This document shows, piece after piece, positions 1 to 8,617 of a DNA stretch of 64,000 nucleotides. Position 1 is the first letter of the stretch, and each line of letters begins with the position of its first letter. The notes beneath the pieces are model-generated. The model ran no database searches. It had not been told where the DNA came from and worked only from the letters and a program-made list of their open reading frames with translations. The DNA is from Sedimentisphaerales bacterium (GTDB taxonomy: Bacteria > Planctomycetota > Phycisphaerae > Sedimentisphaerales > SM23-30). The stretch lies in assembly GCA_963666285.1 (NCBI GenBank), contig OY762711.1; one strand, written 5' to 3'. The position numbers and the translations under genes were made by a program.

Positions 1-2
1 AG

Positions 3-233
3 GGACTGGCTATTGATGATTTCAAAGTGGGTTATGCCAAGAAGGTTGGCCAGGGGACGCGTCGTTCACTTAGGTTTAAGGCAAACATCCTCGATGTTAC
101 GGCAATGAAAGATGATACGGGACCATATATAAATTTGAAATTTGAACTTCCGTCAGGTTCATACGCAACTACCCTGGCAAGAGAAGTTACTAAAAATAAA
201 AAAGAAAGCCTGGGTTTTTTCAGAGAGTTTTAA
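3..233 (+). CDS. truD: tRNA pseudouridine(13) synthase TruD, C-terminal part (truncated by window start)
   Basis: Frame is open from position 3. It contains G-T-R-R and the TruD C-terminal motif 'LKFELPSGSYATTLARE'. Confidence 0.85.
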   Translation, partial: GLAIDDFKVGYAKKVGQGTRRSLRFKANILDVTAMKDDTGPYINLKFELPSGSYATTLAREVTKNKKESLGFFREF

Positions 234-282
234 ATTATTTATAATTCTTTTTTGAAATATTCAGGCAGCAGGAAGTGAGTTT

Positions 283-1113
283 ATGATAAATCAAATACGA
301 ATTGGAAATGGAAATTCCGAGGTTATTCTTGGAGATTCCAGACTGGTACTTATGGCCGGCCCCTGTGTTATCGAAAGTCGTGATCTTTGCATGCAGATCG
401 CAGAACAGGCAAAGGCTATATGCGATAAGTTGGATGTTGGCTATGTCTTTAAGGCCAGTTTTGACAAGGCAAATCGTACCAGTGTTGATAGCTTTCGCGG
501 ACCCGGCATCGAAGAAGGTTTACAGATATTGCAGGATGTAGCTGCTGAGTTCAAAGTGCCTGTCCTCACCGACATTCATGAATCATGGCAGGCAAAAATA
601 TGTGGTGAAGTTGTAGATATTATCCAGATACCTGCTTTTTTATGTCGTCAGACTGATTTGCTGGTTGCCGCAGCAAATACCGGCAAGGTTGTTCAAGTCA
701 AAAAGGCTCAGTTTCTGGCACCTTGGGATATGAAAAATGTTATAGGAAAGCTGAACGCTTCTGATTGTCGAAAGATTACCCTTGTCGAACGCGGCAGCAG
801 CTTTGGATATAATCGTCTGGTGTGTGATATGACATCTATGCCTGCTATGAGAGAGTTTGGATACCCGGTAATTATGGACGCAACGCATTCTACCCAGCAG
901 CCTGGCGGGCTTGGCGGTGCTTCAGGGGGTGCTCCTGAAATGGCAGGTATTTTAGCTAAATCTGCAATTGCCGCAGGCGCTGACGGTTTGTTTATTGAGA
1001 CCCATCCTAATCCTGCTGAAGCTTTGAGTGATGCTGCTTGTATGCTGCCGCTGAGCCAGCTCGAACAGACAATTAAAGTTTGTAATGATATTTATAAGAT
1101 CGTTAAAAAGTAA
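283..1113 (+). CDS. kdsA: 2-dehydro-3-deoxyphosphooctonate (KDO8P) synthase
   Basis: Motifs AGPCVIES, FKASFDKANRTS, QIPAFLCRQTDL, ERGSSFGYN, DATHS and FIETHPNP. Confidence 0.97.
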   Translation: MINQIRIGNGNSEVILGDSRLVLMAGPCVIESRDLCMQIAEQAKAICDKLDVGYVFKASFDKANRTSVDSFRGPGIEEGLQILQDVAAEFKVPVLTDIHESWQAKICGEVVDIIQIPAFLCRQTDLLVAAANTGKVVQVKKAQFLAPWDMKNVIGKLNASDCRKITLVERGSSFGYNRLVCDMTSMPAMREFGYPVIMDATHSTQQPGGLGGASGGAPEMAGILAKSAIAAGADGLFIETHPNPAEALSDAACMLPLSQLEQTIKVCNDIYKIVKK

Positions 1114-1122
1114 GTTGAGCTA

Positions 1123-2088
1123 ATGAGCCAAAATAGTCAAAACGAACAACAAGGCAACGTTCATTATCAGATATTTAAGGTTGATTCAGAGCCGCATTGT
1201 GTCTGGGATGTGAAACTGCGTGAAAAGAATCTGGAAGCTATCAACTCTATAGATCCTGATTATTTTCTATTTCTCACCGATCTATATTACAGTCATTTAC
1301 AGACGTCTAATAAGGATAAGGCTGCAATGGCGATTCGTACAACGTATTATCATGCAGCTGAGACATTATTTTCTTTGATCGCCGCTACAATGCAGGCTCC
1401 TTATTGTATATATGCCTGGATGCTGAGATATTGGCCGCGTCATGTGCGAAGTGTAATTGAGAAATTTTTTGCTAATGAATTCCAACCATGTTTACATCAA
1501 GATTTTTCTGGGAAAGTTAACACATGGCAGGAATTTGTTTCTATGGTAAATTTTGGTGGGGTGCTTTTAGATAAGGATAAAGGTAATATTACTGAGCATT
1601 TTGCCAGGTTCTGGCATCAGATAGGTTCTGATTTTCTTGACGATCGTTATCGTAATGAATATAACAGTCTTAAACATGGTCATCGTGCAATGTCCGGAGG
1701 CTTTTTTGTTGCTTTCAGTAATGATGCGGATGAGCAGAGTAAGAAACTTCTTGGGAGTGAGTTTGGCAGCAGCTTTCTTACTACCAGGGATATGGGGGAA
1801 AATAATTTTTATACCCGTAAATTCTCGCTAAACTGGAATCCGCAGGGGTGTGCTTATGCGCTGAAGCTTATTGCTTTTTCAATACACAATATAAAGAGCT
1901 TTTTGTTATTTGTTAACAAAGCTGCGGATAAGATTGAGGTTAAGCTTCCGGAAAATTTAGAAGAATTTTCAATTCCGCAAAAGCTTCAGCCGCAGCCGGC
2001 ATTTATTGATATTGATTTCAATATAAATCTTAGCGAGAATCATATCATTTCAAAAAAGGATATGAAAGAAAGAGTAAGTTTGGATTGA
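1123..2088 (+). CDS. Hypothetical protein with possible HEPN-like motif
   Basis: 321 aa ORF directly after kdsA. No family recognised; contains 'RYRNEYNSLKHG'. Confidence 0.75.
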   Translation: MSQNSQNEQQGNVHYQIFKVDSEPHCVWDVKLREKNLEAINSIDPDYFLFLTDLYYSHLQTSNKDKAAMAIRTTYYHAAETLFSLIAATMQAPYCIYAWMLRYWPRHVRSVIEKFFANEFQPCLHQDFSGKVNTWQEFVSMVNFGGVLLDKDKGNITEHFARFWHQIGSDFLDDRYRNEYNSLKHGHRAMSGGFFVAFSNDADEQSKKLLGSEFGSSFLTTRDMGENNFYTRKFSLNWNPQGCAYALKLIAFSIHNIKSFLLFVNKAADKIEVKLPENLEEFSIPQKLQPQPAFIDIDFNINLSENHIISKKDMKERVSLD

Positions 2089-2105
2089 CTTTTATGTTTA
2101 TGCTA

Positions 2106-2306
2106 GTTTACTTTCGCAGTTTTTAAGTTGCAAAAAACGCTTAAAAGGGTCTTTCTGTAACGATTTGAATTAAATATATTTTCGCCAAAAAGCTCGAAAA
2201 TGCAATTTAGTGTTAAGTTTTTCATTTACAACGTCCTGTTCCCGATTTTGTGTATAACGTTGAACAGGCAAAAGTGCGCCATGTATATTATGCGAAGCAT
2301 ATACCG
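2106..2306 (-). repeat. Dispersed non-coding repeat R, copy 1 (inverted relative to copies 2 and 3)
   Basis: Reverse complement carries GCACTTTTGCCTGTTCAACGTTA and GCAACTTAAAAACTGCGAAAGTAAAC, matching blocks at 36010-36250 and 36409-36642. Confidence 0.8.
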
Positions 2307-2437
2307 CACTCAGAAGTAATTTCATTATATTAAAGATTATTTTTTTCTATGTAATTTTACTCTTTATAGGATATATATTTATAACAGTTAATATCTTCAA
2401 AAGAATAAGTTCATATTTAAAACAGGAGTAAGTGTAT

Positions 2438-3499
2438 ATGAAGTTGAAAGTTGTATTTGTATTACTTGTCTCAATTACAAGCCTTTTTGCTGACAGAATC
2501 AAAATGGATGACCAGGCAAGTGTAGAGAAATATGGTAAGTTGGTTGTAAATAATCTGCTTAGTCGAAATTATATGCTTTATAGAGATGGCGGTTTGCATT
2601 ATGCAGAAGCTTGCACTGCAATTGGTGCACTTAGAGTTACTAAAAGTTTAGGCGAAGACGAATTAATTGATAAGCTGGTTCATCGCTATGAAGGTTTTCT
2701 TACGAATGATAAAAAGCTTACTAATAAAGTTGAGCATGTAGACCACAATCTGATGGGTATCGTGCCTTTGCAGATTTATCTGGCAACTGGTGATGAAAAA
2801 TATAAGGCAGCTGGTCTGGACTATGCTGACAGGCAATGGGTAAAAGAAATTGAAGGTGGATTAACTTTCCAGACTCGCTGGTGGATTGATGATATGTATA
2901 TGGTTGGCAGTTTACAGATGCAGGCATATCGTGCAACAGGAGACAACAAGTATGTAGATAGAGCAGCTCGATTTCTTCATGCATATATAGATCGTCTTCA
3001 GCAGGCTAACGGCTTGTTTTATCATGGTCCGGAATTTAAATATCATTGGGGGCGTGGTAATGGTTGGGTGGCTGCGTCAATGGCTGAGGTGCTTAAAGAT
3101 CTGCCCAAAGATAATCCGCATCGACCGGCGATTGTTGCCAGTTATAAAAAAATGATGGAATCTTTATTGAAATTTCAGTCTGAAAACGGGCTTTGGCGGC
3201 AGTTGGTAGATAATAAATATTCCTGGACCGAAAGCTCTTGTACGGCAATGTTTGCTTATGCAATGTCGGTAGGTGTTAAGTTGGGCATTCTAGATAAAGC
3301 TGAGTATGAGCCTGCGGTAGTTGAAGCATGGAGAGGCTTGTGCTGGCAGGTAAATCGAGATGGCAATATCCGAGATATCTGTGTTGGTACAGGCCAGACA
3401 GACGATGTTGAGTTTTATTTGAACCGCCCAAGAACAACGGGTGATTTCCATGGCCAGGCGCCGTTTCTATGGCTGGCAGCTGAACTTATGACAGAATAA
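2438..3499 (+). CDS. Secreted GH105/GH88-family unsaturated (rhamno)galacturonyl/glucuronyl hydrolase
   Basis: Signal peptide; motifs WWIDDMYM, GLFYHG, WGRGNGW, GLWRQL, ESSCTAM. ATG at 2438 chosen after the AGGAG RBS (GTG at 2432 is an alternative). Confidence 0.9.
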   Translation: MKLKVVFVLLVSITSLFADRIKMDDQASVEKYGKLVVNNLLSRNYMLYRDGGLHYAEACTAIGALRVTKSLGEDELIDKLVHRYEGFLTNDKKLTNKVEHVDHNLMGIVPLQIYLATGDEKYKAAGLDYADRQWVKEIEGGLTFQTRWWIDDMYMVGSLQMQAYRATGDNKYVDRAARFLHAYIDRLQQANGLFYHGPEFKYHWGRGNGWVAASMAEVLKDLPKDNPHRPAIVASYKKMMESLLKFQSENGLWRQLVDNKYSWTESSCTAMFAYAMSVGVKLGILDKAEYEPAVVEAWRGLCWQVNRDGNIRDICVGTGQTDDVEFYLNRPRTTGDFHGQAPFLWLAAELMTE

Positions 3500-3521
3500 A
3501 CTATAGAGAACAAGTTATGCA

Positions 3522-3553
3522 AAAAGGGTTCATGTTTTAGCATGAACCCTTTT
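3522..3553. terminator. Bidirectional intrinsic terminator between convergent genes
   Basis: AAAAGGGTTCATG-ttttag-CATGAACCCTTTT inverted repeat. Confidence 0.8.
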
Positions 3554-3605
3554 CGATGGGTTTGAGAAAACCAAGAATTATTGCCTTATTATTATTGAGA
3601 AAGCT

Positions 3606-5378
3606 CTAACTGAGAAAGATTGCAAGATCGAAGTTAATTGAGTAATTAATTACCGGATCCTGATTGTAAGGTTCAGAGGTAACATTATTTATACCAAGAT
3701 CTGCATAGTTAAATGCTTCCAGTAATGTAACGTATCCATTGTCGTCTGAGTCAGCATTTCCAGACATTATTCCGTAGTTAAGCCAGGTTGCAAATACACC
3801 GCCTCCTCTAAACCTGTTTCCTTGAGGATAATAGCTTTCGACGGCATCCCACGCGGTCATATTATAACTTGTTGAAGCAATTACCGCTGTATTTGATACA
3901 TTATTGGCAATATCTAGCAATCCACCGGAATAGCAACTGTCCAGAATCAGTACTTTGTCAGTATCAGTATTTATGGTATTGAGCCAGCCTTCGATATCCG
4001 ATTGGTATACGCTGCTTGAATCAGGCAGGTATAAAGACTCATTGTCATCTACTGTTTCGCTGTCTCCTGAGGAACCATGACCGGAATAGTAAATAACAAC
4101 GTAATCATTTGAATCAGCATTTTCAGCCAGCCAAGCAAATTCAACTGAAATTGCTTCGTAAGATACGCTTGAACCGCCACTTAAGATGTGTATGTTATCT
4201 TCTGAAACTGAGTAATAGTCTGTAAATATTTCAGAAACCAGTTGAGTGTCATAGGCCGGGCCGGTGAGATCATTTTGGAACCCCTGGTAGTCGTAAGCAC
4301 CGATTATCAGGACCCATCCTTCACTGGCATCTGTTTCTGTATTACTATCAGCGTCATCGTCAGTTGTTGAACCGTCTGTAGTAGTATCGTCAGCTGAGGT
4401 TGAGTCATCATTTGTTGAACTGTCAGAAGTTGTGTCTCCGGTATCATCGCTTGCGTCTACCGTACTGTCAGTAGTGTCTCCGGTATCAATTGTAGTATTA
4501 TCAGTTGCTGATAGGTTGTCAACAGTCAACGTGTACGTTCCAGTACTGTTTTTCCAGGCATCAGCCCGAATATAGTATACTTCACCTTCCTCAGCATAAA
4601 ACTCTATATATGAATCAGTATTGGCTTTTTCGATATCATCGTTTCGATATACCAGTTTACCATCTTCGTTGTAGATATATAGGTATGTGTCGAGGGTGGA
4701 GCCGTCAGAAGTCATTGATATTGCATAGTTTCCGTCAGCCTGAACAGTAAAAGTGAAAACATCCAGGTCTCTTTCCGGGTATATAGCACCATAAATGGAA
4801 ATTGTACCATCGTCTTCTGCTATTGTGTTGACATCAAATGAATCAGCTACATTATTAGCATAATCAATTTCCTCGCCATAAGCTTCGCTGACAGTTGGGG
4901 TAGTCAGGATAATCTCATAATCACCGGTACTTTTTCTGTAGCCATCGGCCTTTATATAATATGTTTCACCGGCCTGAGCATAAAACTCAACATAAGAGTT
5001 TGTATCCTCAGTGCTTACATCGTCATTTATAGCGATTTTTTGTTTTCTTGAATTGTATATTGTAAGAAAAGTATCAAGGGCATAGTTATCAGTTTCCAAG
5101 GCTTCCATAGAAATTGTTATTGTGCCTGAATTTTCTACGGTAAACATGTAGTAATCCTTGTCTCTGGCACTACTTATATCACCTGTTATCGTGGTTTCGC
5201 CGGTTTCATCAAGATCGATTGTCTCGGCAAGCCTGGCATTATTATTCGGGCCGTAGTCATGATGTGATGCCATGCCACCAAAAACAGATAACAGCTGACG
5301 AGGCTCAAGAGTTTCCATGCGTAAAGTAGATGATTTTTGCTCGGAATAGCGTTTTCTCTTATCATTTCTCATAGTCAT
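3606..5378 (-). CDS. Caspase-family (peptidase C14) protein with planctomycete LEPRxLL leader and two PPC-like domains
   Basis: N-terminal 'RMETLEPRQLLS'; two repeats of 'LDT(F/Y)L.IYN...NDD...T.SY.EFYA..GE.YYI.AD'; D/T/S-rich linker; catalytic YYSGHG and ILDSCYSG. Confidence 0.85.
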   Translation of the reverse strand: MTMRNDKRKRYSEQKSSTLRMETLEPRQLLSVFGGMASHHDYGPNNNARLAETIDLDETGETTITGDISSARDKDYYMFTVENSGTITISMEALETDNYALDTFLTIYNSRKQKIAINDDVSTEDTNSYVEFYAQAGETYYIKADGYRKSTGDYEIILTTPTVSEAYGEEIDYANNVADSFDVNTIAEDDGTISIYGAIYPERDLDVFTFTVQADGNYAISMTSDGSTLDTYLYIYNEDGKLVYRNDDIEKANTDSYIEFYAEEGEVYYIRADAWKNSTGTYTLTVDNLSATDNTTIDTGDTTDSTVDASDDTGDTTSDSSTNDDSTSADDTTTDGSTTDDDADSNTETDASEGWVLIIGAYDYQGFQNDLTGPAYDTQLVSEIFTDYYSVSEDNIHILSGGSSVSYEAISVEFAWLAENADSNDYVVIYYSGHGSSGDSETVDDNESLYLPDSSSVYQSDIEGWLNTINTDTDKVLILDSCYSGGLLDIANNVSNTAVIASTSYNMTAWDAVESYYPQGNRFRGGGVFATWLNYGIMSGNADSDDNGYVTLLEAFNYADLGINNVTSEPYNQDPVINYSINFDLAIFLS

Positions 5379-5556
5379 GTCCTCTTAGTATTTGTATTTT
5401 CAAGATTTAAATGCAAAAGGCAGGTTTGTTACAGGCAGGCAGTATTTAAGCTGTCACGCAATTTTTTACTCTCTACACAATAACAAACGATAGTGAACGC
5501 ATAAATCATGCGTGGAAAATAAAAGAAAATGAAAAAAAGAAAAAGATAAAAGAACA

Positions 5557-5640
5557 TAGCCGAGGCGGGACTCGAACCCGCACGCCCTATTGAGCAGGGG
5601 ATTTTAAATCCCCATCGTCTACCAATTCCGACACTCGGCC
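5557..5640 (-). tRNA. tRNA-Leu(TAA)
   Basis: Reverse complement folds as acceptor GGCCGAG/CTCGGCT-A, D arm with GGTA, anticodon arm GGGGA-TTTAAAA-TCCCC, a long variable arm, and T arm GCGGG-TTCGAGT-CCCGC. CCA is not encoded. Confidence 0.95.
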
Positions 5641-5670
5641 AACGTTCTTTATTTACTTGTAAGAGGATAA

Positions 5671-5699
5671 AATATAAGTAACATTAACCAACAAGTCAA
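5671..5699 (-). promoter_or_regulatory. Sigma70-type promoter of tRNA-Leu
   Basis: Minus strand TTGACT-N17-TATATT about 30 nt upstream of the tRNA. Confidence 0.65.
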
Positions 5700-5753
5700 T
5701 ACAAAATAGTCGGTTATGTTAATTTTATTATTATAAGTATAGTTTTTTGCTAA

Positions 5754-6914
5754 TTACCCCAGTTTTTCGACTGGTTTTTTGCTCTTAGCCATTTTATAGA
5801 ACTCTTTGAACAGATAGTTAGAGTCATGCGGCCCGGGAGAAGCTTCCGGGTGATACTGAACGGCAAATAACGGAAGCTCTTTATGGGCAAAGCCTTCCAG
5901 AGTTTTATCGTTCAGGTTGATATGAGTAACTCTGATCTTATCTTTGTCAAGGGTGTCGAGATCAACCGCAAAACCGTGATTCTGAGAAGTAATTTCTACT
6001 CTGCCGGTGTCAAGGTTCATTACAGGCTGATTTCCGCCGCGATGACCAAATTTGAGTTTATAGGTTTTTCCGCCAAGAGCCTGGCCGATGAGCTGTAAGC
6101 CCAGGCAGATGCCAAACATTGGTACTTTTTTATCGAGCAGTCCCTTGATAGTTTCAATCGTATATTTGATCGGCTCTGGGTCGCCAGGGCCGTTACTGAC
6201 AAAAATACCATCCGGTTTAGTTGCCAGAATATCATCCACAGAACTTTGTGCCGGCAAAATAGTAACGTCAAACCCGGCTTCGACGAGGTTTCTGCTGATA
6301 TTGTCCTTTAGCCCGCAGTCGAATGCAACAACCTTTAGTTTGTCAGAAGCTTTATCTATTCCGGTAGGCCCAGCAAATTTAGATTCGTATCCTTTGTCCC
6401 ATTGGCATTTTTCTTTGCGGCAGACATTTTGTACCAGGTCGCGTCCGACAAGTCCCGGATATTCTCTGGCAAGCTTTACAAGTTCTGCATCATCAGTGAT
6501 TTCGGTACTGATTACGCCGTTCATAGCGCCTTTGATACGTAATTTGCGGGTAAGAGCTCGTGTGTCAATTTCACAAATACCTGGAATACCGTTGCTTATA
6601 AGATATTCCTGCAGAGACTGGCTTGCTCTGTGGTTACTGAAAACAGTAGAAGCTTCTTTTACCACAAAGCCAGATACCTGTACCTTTTCACTCTCAACGT
6701 CTTCGAGGGATACTCCATAGTTACCCTGCATAGGATATGTCATAGTGACGATTTGGTCGCTATAGCTGGGGTCGGTAAGAATTTCCTGATAACCGGTCAT
6801 GCTTGTATTGAAACAAACTTCGGCCTGTTTTGTCCCTTGAGCTCCGAAGCTAATTCCGTTAAAAACAGTTCCGTCTTCCAATGCAAGTTTTGCTGGTTGT
6901 CTTGTATTACTCAT
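5754..6914 (-). CDS. carA: Carbamoyl-phosphate synthase small subunit
   Basis: Motifs FNTSMTGYQEILTDPSY, SNGPGDP, FGICLG, KFGHRGGNQPV, QYHPEASPGPHD. Confidence 0.97.
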   Translation of the reverse strand: MSNTRQPAKLALEDGTVFNGISFGAQGTKQAEVCFNTSMTGYQEILTDPSYSDQIVTMTYPMQGNYGVSLEDVESEKVQVSGFVVKEASTVFSNHRASQSLQEYLISNGIPGICEIDTRALTRKLRIKGAMNGVISTEITDDAELVKLAREYPGLVGRDLVQNVCRKEKCQWDKGYESKFAGPTGIDKASDKLKVVAFDCGLKDNISRNLVEAGFDVTILPAQSSVDDILATKPDGIFVSNGPGDPEPIKYTIETIKGLLDKKVPMFGICLGLQLIGQALGGKTYKLKFGHRGGNQPVMNLDTGRVEITSQNHGFAVDLDTLDKDKIRVTHINLNDKTLEGFAHKELPLFAVQYHPEASPGPHDSNYLFKEFYKMAKSKKPVEKLG

Positions 6915-7088
6915 AATAATAAATACTTTGTTCTACGTTTTTGCAATAAGTAATTAAATTTCAATATCTTAGTAAAAAAGGCCATAGGTCGGCCCACTTT
7001 TTTTGTTGTATTATTTGGACTTACGGCCAATTTTATTCAATACTTATACTATTATTGACGATAAGATTATCAGCCTTTTGGCTATTAT

Positions 7089-7175
7089 AGGCTGTGGGTC
7101 ATCCGGCTTGTGCCGGAAAGCAGCCTGGCTTGGAGGGTCTGAGTTTTCGGCGGCTCAGACTCCTCTTTTCTTTTT
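7089..7175 (+). ncRNA. Candidate small structured RNA ending in an intrinsic terminator
   Basis: GC-rich island in an AT-rich intergenic region: AGGCTG..CCGGC-TTGT-GCCGG..CAGCCT stem, then GGAGGGTCTGAG/CTCAGACTCC hairpin plus TTTTCTTTTT. No + strand gene lies upstream. Confidence 0.35.
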
Positions 7176-7337
7176 AAAGCAATATTTTTTCAAAACTGCT
7201 AATTTATCTACTTTTAGGCAGTTAATGTATTTACACAACTATCTGTCTAGCCACGACATGATAAATCATTATCGTTATTTTAGCAAATAAAATATCAATT
7301 CATAAACAGCAAAGTTTTTGTTTGAAGATGGTTTTAG

Positions 7338-7931
7338 CTATTCCAGAATGCCATACATAACAAGTTTGGCTTCCTGTTTGATAGTGAGGACTTCTTTTAG
7401 TTCCTCCTGGGCCTTTACCAGTTCCTGCTGGGTAGCTTCTCTGGCAGCTCTAAGCTTTGTCAGGGCTTCTTTGATCTCCTCTGTGGTTGCGGTTTCGTTT
7501 TTTACCAGTTTTTCCAGATTGTCAGACGCTGTTTCTACCGGGTTTTTATCTTCCTGGTCATATGCTTTAATTGTTATACCACTATCGGTATACCATTTGC
7601 GGCTCATTTTGCGGAAAGTAGCCAGCCTGGCATTGTTGTTATTAGTCAAATCGATGACTCTATTCATCCTGGGGCCGATTATTGTCCATTCTTCATCAGT
7701 AATTTTCAAATCATTTTTGATCATTCTGACCATTCGGCTTTGAATACGATTCTCAAATTTCTTTATATCAAATTTGCCATTATCCATTACCTCAGAGAAA
7801 TCACTGAAATCGCCAAAGAAGCCAAATCCCTGGCCATTTCTATTACTTTTGCCGTTTCCCTGAGCGTAGCACATTACAGATATAACTAGAAACAGAATAA
7901 ATACCGTAGATACAAATGTTGCTTTTTTCAT
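7338..7931 (-). CDS. Exported helical protein (Spy/CpxP-like periplasmic protein)
   Basis: Signal peptide, Gly-rich linker, 'LKITDEEW' and a C-terminal 'ELKEVLTIKQEAKLV' LTxxQ-like motif. Confidence 0.7.
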   Translation of the reverse strand: MKKATFVSTVFILFLVISVMCYAQGNGKSNRNGQGFGFFGDFSDFSEVMDNGKFDIKKFENRIQSRMVRMIKNDLKITDEEWTIIGPRMNRVIDLTNNNNARLATFRKMSRKWYTDSGITIKAYDQEDKNPVETASDNLEKLVKNETATTEEIKEALTKLRAAREATQQELVKAQEELKEVLTIKQEAKLVMYGILE

Positions 7932-8195
7932 TTTTGACTCCTGATAAGTATTGTAATATTAGGGTTTTACGAATAAATATGTTTAAGTTGTTTTATGATG
8001 TGAAACGAAAATCATACTTTTAAAGATGAATTTTGGAAGCTAAATACATTGTCTTTGTCTAAAGCAATGCAAAGCATTCCATAAGGCATATATTATTTCT
8101 AACACTTCATGTACTAATATGGTTACATTAAGCTGAGGAATTATCTTATATTAGCATATATATACCGGCTTTAGTTAACAATTGCATTAGAAAGT

Positions 8196-8223
8196 TTGAA
8201 ATATTCAATTAAAGTCGTATAAT
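8196..8223 (+). promoter_or_regulatory. Putative sigma70 promoter of trpR-like gene
   Basis: TTGAAA-N16-TATAAT about 50 nt upstream of ATG 8276. Confidence 0.5.
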
Positions 8224-8275
8224 GAGATTATATAATAATTTATATTCAATCTGACGTGTTTTTCAGGATATAACA

Positions 8276-8578
8276 ATGGATCAAGTAAGAATTGATATTA
8301 TTAAGGATGAGATTGCCGGCATTTTGGCGAAAGAGACTAATACTTCACAAATTCAGGTGCTTCTGGATGAATTGTTCACCGAATCAGAAGTAAACGACTT
8401 GTGTATGCGCTGGGAGCTTATGAAGCTGTTATTGCAGGGTAAGTCGCAGCGGGTGATCGCAGATGAATTGGGTTTGAGTTTGTGTAAGATAACCCGTGGC
8501 TCAAAAATCCTGAAAAATGCTCGGTCTGTAGTCAAAAAGAGCCTGGAGGAGATATTAAGCAAGGACAAGGATTTATAA
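8276..8578 (+). CDS. trpR: TrpR/YerC-family repressor
   Basis: 'LFTESEVNDLCMRWELMKLLLQGKSQRVIADELGLSLCKITRGSKILK' matches the Trp-repressor fold (T..E...L..R, SQR.I, ITRGS). Confidence 0.8.
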   Translation: MDQVRIDIIKDEIAGILAKETNTSQIQVLLDELFTESEVNDLCMRWELMKLLLQGKSQRVIADELGLSLCKITRGSKILKNARSVVKKSLEEILSKDKDL

Positions 8579-8617
8579 GCATTTAGGAGTAGGAAGCCTC
8601 TGTTATTAGGGCGTCCT

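Noticed and set aside
7089..7135. SRP RNA (ffs)
   Set aside because: Shares GGTCA and AGCAGCC but lacks the CAGG..GNRA..AGCA domain IV geometry; kept only as a generic sRNA candidate.
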